A stretch of 64,000 bases of DNA from the human T2T-CHM13v2.0 reference genome, Homo sapiens. Positions within the stretch are counted from its first letter, which is position 1; the number at the start of each line of letters is the position of its first letter. The stretch lies in NCBI RefSeq assembly GCF_009914755.1, contig NC_060926.1. One strand, written 5' to 3'. This document shows, piece after piece, positions 46,196-64,000 of the stretch. Both the position numbers and the translations under genes were made by a program. Below the pieces are notes generated by a model that saw nothing but the letters and a program-made list of their open reading frames with translations, ran no database searches and had not been told where the DNA came from.

Positions 46196-47455
46196 AAAAA
46201 TTTTTAAATCAAGCATGGTCAAATGAGAAAAATAAGGCCCATCTCCTTTAACCTTGTTACTTAGCTCCTATTAACAGCCTAATACTAATGCTTATGCAGT
46301 TTTGACAGTCATATCATGCTATATATTGAACTCAGAGTCATAAAATTTTTCCATGTGTTTTTCCATATTGCTATAGGCATGTAGTTGATACTCTGAATCT
46401 ACAATTTACTACTATTAACTATGGTTCATTTTTCCAGTCTTGTGAGACCTTTTGGGACAATGACTTTGCCATTTCAACTTTTCATTTCAATGTTTCCCTT
46501 TGTTAAGTAGGTACAGAAAGATTTTCACAAAAGAAAAAATCCACGTGGGAAAGGGCAGAAACCCAAAAAACTCTAGAATCTAAGACAGAAGAACTGAAGA
46601 ACCCTGGCATGCACCAACATTTAAACGGAGATTTGCTGGTTTCCAATTTTAACGGGGAAGACTGTTAATCACAAAACATCAAGTAGAGACTTGAAAAAGT
46701 TAATATTGATTCTTTAGAAAAAGTCCAGGAAATAGAAAAAGCCACCAACCTCACTTCCTTAAGCCAATATTCAGCCCCCTAACTGTGTCCAACTTGGAGA
46801 GAATTTGCCACAAGCCAAAGCTTTTAATGTCCCTACCTTTTGAAGGCACAGTAGTAACAATTCCCAGAACAAGGGAGTTGCGTCAGTGAACTCTCTGCTC
46901 TTTCAAGTTGGAAGGACAGTTGATTCACACCATGTGTCAGAGAGAAACACCAGTGAAAACCAAGTGAGATAAATTTTAGGTCTCCAGAGCTGTTTAATAT
47001 TAAGCTGTATTAAATCATTGTTATAGCAAATTATAAACAAAATATTTTGTTTACCCTTCCTCTCATATGCTCCTTCTCTTGAAAAGAAATTTTAAGATAA
47101 TTCATAGTTCCAAGGTCACAGATGCTCCACCAAAAAAAATCATTTCCAAATGTTAGCATCCAGAACCAATGATCTGGATCATACTCCCAGCAAACTTCCC
47201 TGGCATATCATAGAGTAAGCTTTGCTACATAACCTTTTAGGTTTCAAGACAGTGTTAGTTTACTGATGGTCACAGACTTAGAGGAAGACTTCACTTTTGT
47301 CAACTGTCTCTACATGAAGTCATCTTAGTGTCCATTCTATTCAATAATTTTACTTTCTACTTAGATCAAGAAATCAACTATATGTTAAACTCCATAAATA
47401 ATACTAAGTTGATTTTGTTTTTAATACTATGAATGGTACGACTAAAACGTGAAAC

Positions 47456-47536
47456 ATGTAATAATGTTCATCAAATGTCTGACCTGAAATGAGCATGTAG
47501 ACAAGTTAATTTAACACTGAAGAAGAAAAGAAAAAA
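47456..47536 (+). pseudogene. SNORD78: Retroposed copy of C/D box snoRNA SNORD78 (U78)
   Basis: atgtaataatgttcatcaaatgtctgacctgaaatgagcatgtagacaa...taacactgaagaa matches the recalled U78 sequence. A-rich tail. Imperfect TSD aaaacgtgaaaca / aagacctgaaaca. Confidence 0.88.
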
Positions 47537-47819
47537 GACCTGAAACAACCTTGATCTACATGAATTTATTTGAAAAAATGGTCCTAGAGCAATGAAAATA
47601 AAATTTAACACAAGTGATAACAAAACTCAAACCATAAAAGTTGAGGAAAAACTAAACCAACAATACAAATATTTTAAGATAAAGCTTAACATGTTAAGAG
47701 ACATCTTTCTGAAAAGAGAGACCACTAAAACTGCATGATTAGTTCAATACAAGGAATTAAAAAATTACAATGGGTAACTGTGGAAAGCAAATTTCACTTC
47801 TCTCAAAAATGACATATGA

Positions 47820-48148
<329 letters not shown>

Positions 48149-48752
48149 CTACTGTACATTTTCATTACTCTTCCATTATCAATAGATCAATCTGGTTTGG
48201 GCTGTATAACTTCTTTAGAGAATCTGATATTCTACACAGGTGAACTCTAAACTCAACAAAGTGATGATCTACTGTGACCCCAATCATCACTAAGAAACAA
48301 AGTTGCTTGCCAATAAATTACTTCTCCAAAGCATTGCATTTAGGGCACTCTCCAAAAGCTATGAAATATCACCACCACATTCTAGCTCTCCAATTTATAA
48401 GGTAACTTGATTATTTATTTAAAGAGGGAAAGCAGCAGCATCTTTTTTTTTAATGTTCAAAATAGATCAAACTAAAATAGACTTTTAAAGGGCAAGATAA
48501 ATTTGACTATTAAATAATAAAATAAATGGCCTCAGCAAATTAAATAGACACTGTTTTCTCAGAAATTTAACAAGATTGGCTATGTTAGGTGGTTTGGGCA
48601 TTTTCCTGCCATAGGCTCATTTAGTATCTATTGACTGAGAATTTACTAAAAACAAAAAGAAAAGAATATCTTCCTTTGAGGGTGCCCATACTATAATTAG
48701 TAAGGAAATATATAAGAAACCACAATGAAAAGTAATTATAAAACTGTTCAGG

Positions 48753-49200
<448 letters not shown>

Positions 49201-49319
49201 CCTGTGTATAAAGTAATACATTTAAATCTGTTACACTTAGGTGATATAGCATGAAAAATAAAGGAATGTTCAGCACAGAAATGGATTAGTCAGAAAAGGC
49301 TTCTTGGAGTTGCTAACAA

Positions 49320-50140
49320 ACACTAATAAAGAAAAATAAACCTTAAAAGCAAAAGCAGAGGGAAGAAAATAACACATAAAACACAAAGAAAGAATGACTG
49401 CAGACTTCTCATCCAAATTATATAAAGAAGAAGACAATGGAAAGATACCTGTAAAGTGCTAAAGGAAAAAAAAAAATTGTAAATCAAGAATTTTATACCT
49501 AGCAAACATATCAATCAACAAAGCAAAACCTTAGAAAATTTGTTGTCCGCAGACCCGCACTATAAAAACTGTTAAAGTAAGTTCCTCAGGCAAAAATAAT
49601 ATAAAATCTGTTCAAAATCTGGATCTTCACAAAAGCATAAGGAGCAAATAAACTGGTAAATATATAGGAACATATAAAATATTATTATTATTTTAAAATG
49701 TTTTAAAAGATAACATTTAAAAAAAGATTGCTGATTGTTCAAAGCAAAAATAATGATAATGAACTATGGAATTCAAAACACATGTAGAAGTAAAATATAA
49801 TTAATGATAACTCAAAGATCAATGGGTGAAATGAAAATACACTGTTTTAAGGATTGTATGTTATATACAAACACGTACAATAGCATTTGAAAATACATTG
49901 CAATAAGTTAAAGATGCATACTGTAAACCCTAAAGCAACCACTAAAAACAAACAAAACAAAACAAAAAACACTAAGAAGGTATACCTAACAATGGAATCT
50001 TTAAAAATATTTGGTTGTTCTAATTCAGTTAAGGAGAATATGAAATGAGAAATAAAGAGAAAAAAAAAGATAAGACAAACAAAAAACAAACAGCAAGATA
50101 ACAGAGTTAAACCTAGTCATATAGGTAATTGTGTTAACAT
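49320..50140 (+). mobile_element. Old L1M fragment (ORF1 end / intergenic)
   Basis: gactgcagacttctcatc and tcaagaattttatacctagcaaa. Confidence 0.7.
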
Positions 50141-50344
50141 AAATTATCTCCTCTTATCCTGTTTTCTTTATAATTAATTGAGTATACTTCCATTTCCCCC
50201 TTCCTGTATTTAGAGCTATTGTTGTCATTCCTTTGTATAGTACCTTGGTGTTGTTTTGCTGTTTATGTTTATCCTGCTCAAGGAGTTGTTTGAGCTTCTT
50301 GAATTTCCATTCCTGTTTTCCAGAGAAAGTCAATTTGAACGTGT

Positions 50345-52645
<2,301 letters not shown>

Positions 52646-53594
52646 CTAAGGGAACAGAACACTGGAGAAGAGGGGAATAGTAAGAATGGGTCTGCCAATA
52701 TGCTTCAGTCACTTTTTCCCCCTCAAGGTAAGTACCAAATCTCCATTCAAGAGGCTGAAGTTCCCGGGAAAGGGAACAAGCAGAAAGTCAAGACCAAAAG
52801 GCAGGAAAATCAGCTTTTGACAGTTTTAGAGAATCCCGGTACCTTAAATTAGAGGCATAAGAGGTTAGAATCCTGAAGAGGAAAGATGGGAAGAATACAT
52901 AGCACTGTTATTATTTTCTCAACACATTTGCTGAATTCTTAAGCTATACAAAGAGAGAGGTTAAGATAAGCAAAAAGACTCAGAGAAGCCAACAGAATGT
53001 TAGGTAGTATTGAGGTATAAAGGAAAGAAAAGAATTAAGGATCTACCAAGGGAAGGGCTCCTAGTCATCACTCCAGGCTCTTTGGAATGTCTGGAGGACA
53101 ATAGCATTAAGGCAGTAATGAGCCACACCCTAACTAAAGCTGAACCCTAGATTTAGCCAGCTCAGTCGTTGACTGGATTAAATATTGCCATACCATCTGC
53201 CTTACCAAAAGTGGGAGCAGAGGGGAGGGACCTTCACTTAAGGAAGAAAACACTATCCAAAACCTCCACAATTTTTTTAATGTCTACTCAGTCCAAAATT
53301 ACCAAGTGTGCCAAGAGAAGATCACATGACTAAAAATCACATGACTAAAAATCAAGATTCACAGATGATCTAGATATTGAACTTATCAGATAAGAACTTT
53401 AAAAATGGCTATGATTAATACCACAAGAAAAAAGGAAAAGAACAAAACACATGAGAAGATGGAGAATTTCACTACAGCCTTACGATTTGTTTTTTTATTA
53501 TAAAACTGGAGAAAACCCAGAACTGGGTTTTTAAAATTCCGAACTCCATAGATGGTTTACCAGCAAATAAGTCAATTGAAAAAATCCACATTGA

Positions 53595-53906
53595 GGTTGG
53601 GCACAGTGGCTCACACCTGTAATCCCAGCACTTTGGGAGGATGAGGCAAGTGGATCATTTGAGGTTAGGAGGTGGAGATCAGCCTGGCCAACATGGTGAA
53701 ACTCCATCTCTATCAAAAATAGAAAAATCAGCCGGGCGTAGTGGTGCGCGTCTGTAATCCCAGCTACTCGGGAGGCTGAGGCACAAAAATCGCTTGAAAC
53801 CGGGAGGCAGAGGTTGCAATGAGCCGAGATCACCACTGCCCTCCAGCTTGGGTGACAGAGTGAGACCCTGTCTCAAAAGAAAAAAAAAAAAAAAAGGAAA
53901 AAAAAA
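53595..53906 (+). mobile_element. AluS-like
   Basis: TSD aaaaaatccacattga. Confidence 0.93.
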
Positions 53907-54007
53907 ATCCACATTGAAGCCCAAAGAGAACAAGGAAAGGACAGGATGTAAAATACAGAAGAATGTAAGAAAAATGAAACATGGGACACCATCAAAAGCC
54001 CTCAGCC

Positions 54008-55617
<1,610 letters not shown>

Positions 55618-55761
55618 GAAATTTTATCATTGTATAATTGTGCAGAAGCAATACTTAAAGACATCATAGCCAAGTATATCTAAAAACTTATGAAAGATAT
55701 CAGTCCATAGTTTCAAGCCCTATAAACCCAAAGCATGATGAATGTAAAGAAAACTATACTT

Positions 55762-55935
55762 GGCCAGCCGTGGTAGTTCACACCTGTAATCCCAGCACCT
55801 TAGGAGGCTGAGGCAAGAATATTGCTTGAAGCCAGGAGGTCAAGACCAGCCTGGGCAACAAAGCTAAACCCTGTCTCTACAAAAAAAAATTAGCCAGGCA
55901 CAGTGGCATGTGCCTATAGTCCCAGCTACTTGGGA
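55762..55935 (+). mobile_element. Partial Alu fused to an L1MB-like 3' end (~55940-56070)
   Basis: The Alu stops after cccagctacttggga, then gttctggagata...gccactgaactgtacacttaaaaatggttaa follows. Confidence 0.75.
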
Positions 55936-56450
55936 TTAGACAAGTTCTGGAGATAGGTGGCAGTTTTGGCTACAGAAAAATGTGAATATACTTAATGCCA
56001 CTGAACTGTACACTTAAAAATGGTTAAAATGGTAAAGTATATGTTATGTATATTTTACTGCAATTTTAAAATAAGGTGAAATACAGACATTATTCATACA
56101 AACAAAATAAATGAGTCCTTCACTAAAAGAAATGCTAAAGGGAGTTCTGCATACAAAAGGAAAAGTGACCTCAGAATGAAGCACAGAGATGGAGGAGGAA
56201 ATGAAGAATCAAACAAAAGAGTAAACATACATGAATGGTGACTCTACGAAATAATAAGGATAATGTTGTGTGGGAACAAAATTACATGTAAAATTAAAAT
56301 TCATGACAACAGTGTAAGATGTAGGAAAGGATAAATGAAAAAGTGTTACATATTCCTAGCAGTGTCAAGGAAGTGATAAAAATATTAATTTATATTATAC
56401 TCTGAGTCAAGGATACATGCTGAAATTCTTTGAGTAATGTCTAATAACTA

Positions 56451-56889
<439 letters not shown>

Positions 56890-57278
56890 TCAAGGAAACA
56901 AAACATGAGCCAAGAACTTTAATTTCAACCAAGCTAGCCTTTAAATATAAAGTCTATAGAGCTAAAATTTGAATATACAATAACTCAAAAATTGTTGTTC
57001 ACATAAGTCCTTCTTAAGGCAACTACTAGAGGAGGAACACAAACCCAACTAGATGACAGGGAAAACTTCAATAAAAAAGAATGTCAATGAAGACTGAATA
57101 TATTTAACTGCAACTCTAAGACAAAAACAAGGTCAGATTAAAAGTGATCAAGTATGATACATAAAAATAGTACATAAAAATTATACAACTAAGAAAAAAA
57201 AGAGAGAAGATAGAAAGTAGAATAAACTAGTCAACTATCTTATAAAGTAACTGTGAGCCAAAGCTAGGCAAATCAACT

Positions 57279-57601
57279 ACAGGTCTACAATCCCTAATCG
57301 AAAATCCTTGTAGCAAAATGTTTCATAATACCAAATTCTGTACATTTAAAAAAAATACAGCTCATCTGTCACATATTATGTAACATCCCAGTAAGATCTT
57401 AAGCATTCCATAATCAAACACATTCATATTTCAGCAGTAAAATATAGGAATATTCACAAAAGTGGTAAATATAAAGATTATTAATATATTAAGTCAATTC
57501 ACATCAGGTTTTCTTGCCAAATGAATTAAGGCAGATTTTGACAACAAATAGTTTTTAGAGCCTTTAGGATTTGGGGATTACAAATGAGAGATTATGGGCC
57601 A
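57279..57601 (+). mobile_element. MER46C-like DNA transposon
   Basis: caggtctacaatccct ... agagattatgggcc inverted termini. Similar to 26797-27085. Confidence 0.7.
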
Positions 57602-57983
57602 AATCAAGTATGCTTGACTACAAAGTAAAGCACTAAGATAATACTATTCCCTGATATTTAATGCTAAGAGGAAAGAATAACAGAAGAGTACACAAGTTAA
57701 GTTTCATTGTTGCCCTTGGGTGAGAAATCAGTAAATATTACCTTCAGAGAGAGACAGAGAGAACTGAGGATGCAATACAAAGGAACCACAAGAACAAAAA
57801 TACAATTTTTTAAAAATTCAAAGAAAAAAAGGAAGCCATTAGATATGGCTTCATGGTAGTGCCTTCCCCCTCGCCTCCAGAAAAATTATTTGACTTGACA
57901 CTAAGTTGTTTTTAAATAATGATTATAGTGCTCTTCATTTCCAACTTACTACACTTGGAAGAAACAATTGCTGATGAGCATAA

Positions 57984-58002
57984 AGTCACTAGGGGGCAGC
58001 AG
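57984..58002 (+). promoter_or_regulatory. Candidate CTCF motif
   Basis: gtCACTAGGGGGCAGCa is close to the CTCF core CCACYAGRKGGCRS. Motif match only. Confidence 0.45.
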
Positions 58003-58579
58003 AGCATAAAGAGTATCCTCTGAAAAGTGGTGACAACTACAAAGTTATTACATAACCAGAAGTGTCTTCAACTGCTGAAAACATTTCATACTCATCACAA
58101 GCACAATAAAACACTCGCCAATTAATTTGTAAAAATTGCTTCTAAGATATTCATTATATTCTTTATAATTGTTGTAATTTTTATTTTGAAATAATTTCAC
58201 ATTGCACAGAACTCTTGTATAGCCTTTATGCAGAGTTCACTAATTTTTGCCATATTTGTTTTATCATTCTCTCCCTACATATATATGCATGCTTATTTTT
58301 CTAAACCATTTGTAAGTAGGCTTCATATATCATGCCTGTAAAACTATAGTCTGTACCTCCTCTCTCTTACATAATGATAGTACCATTATGAAATTCAAGA
58401 AATTTACATTGATACAATTATATCTAACCCACAGTCCAAATTCCAATTTTGAAGATTATCCCAATAATGCTCTTTAGAGCATTTTCATTTCCTACTGGAA
58501 AGTATCCAGTCTAAGATCATGAATTACATTTTGTGGTCATGTCTCTTCAGTTTCTTTTTATCTAAACAAGCAGCCAAAT

Positions 58580-61280
<2,701 letters not shown>

Positions 61281-61289
61281 TAATACTAC

Positions 61290-63125
61290 ATTATCACTAT
61301 CCATCAGAATGGGTGAAATAAAAAATAGTGACAACATCAAATACTGGTGAGAATGAAGAGAAACTACATCACTAATACTTTACTGATGGAAATATAAAAC
61401 AGTACAGCCAGTTGCAAAAATATTTTTGAAGTTACTAAAAAAACTAAATATACACTTACCATACAGTCCAGCCAACTGCACTCCTGAGCATTTACCCTAG
61501 AGAAATGTTAACTTATGTTGAAATATATATACATATAAATCAGTACAGGAATGTTCACAGGAGTTTTATTCATAATAGCCAATGAATGGTTCTTTCTCCT
61601 CCTGACAAAAAATATGTAGTATCTTTTTCAACACCAATTCTCTGACACTACTGATGTCTCACAATTCTAATTAATTCTCACACTATCTGCTGGAGTTAGC
61701 ATCAGACTCCACAGGTTAAGGGCTCAGTCCCATAAAACTGACAAACATCATGCATCAGTCACAAACTAAGTGCCCAGATGTCCCAGATTTTTGCCCAGCC
61801 AACTACAAATTCAAGTGTTGCCATGATGCCTCCCCTCCCTACCAGGTTCAATAATTTACTAGAATAATATAGAACTCAGTTAAGCACTTTGCTTACTTAC
61901 TCTTACTGATTTACTATTGAAGGTATAACTCAGGAGAATCCAAATGGAAGAGGTGCATAGGGAGAGTTATGAGAAAGAGGGGGATGCAAGGAGCTTCCAT
62001 GTCCCCTTCAGACATGCCACCTTCCCAGCAACTCAATGTGTTCACCAACCTGGAAGCTCTCTGAAACTCCTTATTGTTTAGGAGTTGTTAAGAAGGTTTA
62101 ATTACATGGGTATGATTGATCAAATCACTGGCCATTGGTGATTGGGGCTCTCTCCCCTCCCTGGAGGTTGGGGGAAGAAGTTGAGTATTCCAACCCTCTA
62201 ATCAAGGCTTGGTCTTTCTGGCAACTAGCCCCTCCCTCTCCTAAAGCTATCTAGGGCCTCATCAAGAATTATCTCATTAGCATAAACTCAGGTATGGTTG
62301 AAAGGAGCTTCTTATGAATAACAAAACATAAACCTATGGCCTTCTCACTTGAGAAATTCCATGCAGTTTAGGAATTCTGTGCCAGAAGTCAGGGTCAAAG
62401 ACCAAATGCAATTTATTATTATGCCACAGTCCAAAACAAGAAACAGCCCAGGTGTTCAACAGGTAAATGTGGTATAACAATATCATGGAGTACTATTCAG
62501 CAAAAAAAGGAATAAACAATTTATGCTCACAACAACAAATGAATCCCCAGAGAATTATGCTGAGATGCTGAGAAAAAGAAAAAAAAATACCAAAAGGTTG
62601 TAACATATGACCTCATTTATACAGCAATTTTGTAATGACGGAACTTTAACAATGGAGACAGTGGTTGGCAGAATTAGTGATGGGGAAACAGGGAAGTGGA
62701 TATGATTATAAAAAGGTACCATAGCAATCATTACAGTGATGAAACAATTCGATATATTGACTGTGGTGGTGAATACACATACCTACATGAGATAAAATTG
62801 TACAGGACTAAATATATACACACAAATGCCTATAGTAAAACCATAGAAAACTGAATAATGTAGGTGAATTATATCAATGTCAATATCCTGGTTTGATATT
62901 ATAGCATTGTTTTGCAAGATGTTACTGAGGGGAATTAAGTAAAGGGTACATGGAGTCTCTCTCTAATTTCTTATAAATTGCATCACTATAGAGCAGGCAA
63001 TAAAAACATATAGAGATAAATACACATACACACACACATATATACATATACCCTTACATATGTAATTTCTTATAACTGTATGTGAAACTGCAATTATCTC
63101 AACAAAAATTTCAATTAAGAAACCA
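61290..63125 (+). mobile_element. L1MC/MD-like 3' fragment interrupted by a MER21-like LTR (~61587-62428)
   Basis: L1 motifs gttttattcataatagccaa...ggagtactattcagc. MER21 motifs tcagactccacaggttaagggctcagtccc and tctcattagcataaactcagg. Confidence 0.7.
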
Positions 63126-63263
63126 ATACTACATATCTAAAAGGAATTCAGAATAATATTTTTATACTTTTAAGGTAATGAAGGCCCTTCTAAGCAAGAT
63201 ATCAAATTCAGAAGCCACAAAGAAAAAGACTGGTCGATTTTACTAAATAAAATGTTAACCTTC

Positions 63264-63558
63264 TGGCCAGGAGAGGTGGCTCACGCTTATAATCCCAGCA
63301 CTTTGGGAGGCCAAGACGGGCATACTGTTTTAGCTCAGGAATTCGAGACTAGCCTGGGCAACATGGAGAAACCTCATCTCTACAAACAATACAAAAATTA
63401 GCCAGGCATGGGGGCACACACCTGTAGTCCCAGCTACTCATGAGGCTGAGATGGGAGGATCACTTGAGCCCCAGAGGTGGAGGTTGCAGTGAGCTGAGAT
63501 CGTGCCATGCCACTGCACTCCAGCCTGGGTGAGACAGCCAGGTCTCAAAAAAAAAAAA
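63264..63558 (+). mobile_element. AluJ-like
   Basis: Dimeric Alu. Confidence 0.9.
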
Positions 63559-63639
63559 GTTAAGTTTCTGTATAAGAATTTGCAATATGAATTAGGTGAA
63601 AAAATAGACAACAAAATGGGGAGATGTATTTATAAAAGT

Positions 63640-64000
63640 TAATACAAGATGAATATCTGGGACATAATACATATATAACATACAATATATAACAGTAGTT
63701 CCAAAAGGAAAGGAGAGAAAGAGAAAGAAGTTGGAAGAATATTTGAAGACATAATGACCAAAAATTTCCTAAATCTGATGAAGAATATGAATATATACTT
63801 CCAGGAAGTTCAACAAACTCCAAGTAGAATAAACTCACAAACATCCACACCAAGGCACATTATAATCAAACTGTCAAAATACAAGACAGGCCGGGAGCAG
63901 TGGATCCTGTCTGTAATGCTAGCACTTTGGGAGGCTGAGGTGGTAGGACCACCTGAGGTCAGGAGTTCAAGACCAGCCTGGGCAACATGTTGAAACCCCA
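63640..64000 (+). mobile_element. L1 ORF1 fragment followed by the start of an Alu (63889-64000)
   Basis: ORF 63754 reads KNFLNLMK...[11 protein letters not shown]...[11 protein letters not shown] (L1 ORF1p motif), then Alu sequence. Confidence 0.85.

Overview
Primate (human-like) genomic DNA lying entirely inside the minus-strand EXOC6B gene (exocyst Sec15B subunit). Five coding exons, numbered 2-6 by comparison with the remembered protein, were read directly: 28229-28394, 19996-20043, 18080-18170, 17932-17977 and 5018-5222. All have canonical AG/GT boundaries and splice into one continuous frame. Exon 1 lies beyond the right end of the window. The rest is intron, dominated by about 35 Alu/FLAM copies, L1/L2/CR1/MIR fragments, LTRs (MLT1, MLT2, MER4, MER21) and DNA transposons (MER2, Tigger3, MER46C, MER58, MER33, Charlie1, MADE1). 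There are two retroposed small-RNA copies (U2 and SNORD78). Apart from the exon-6 ORF, the supplied ORFs look like repeat-derived or chance frames. I cannot show a new biological system from sequence alone. The best leads are: (1) exons 3-6 form a 390-nt, phase-0/phase-0, stop-free cassette that would be an endless ORF if back-spliced; (2) a U2 retrocopy whose branch-site recognition sequence is overwritten by a local duplication; (3) a 312-bp non-tandem templated duplication; (4) an internally duplicated MADE1 hairpin with matching changes in both arms; (5) an L1 that keeps both ends and its TSD but lacks most of its interior. Repeat names come from recalled consensus sequences, and repeat boundaries are approximate.
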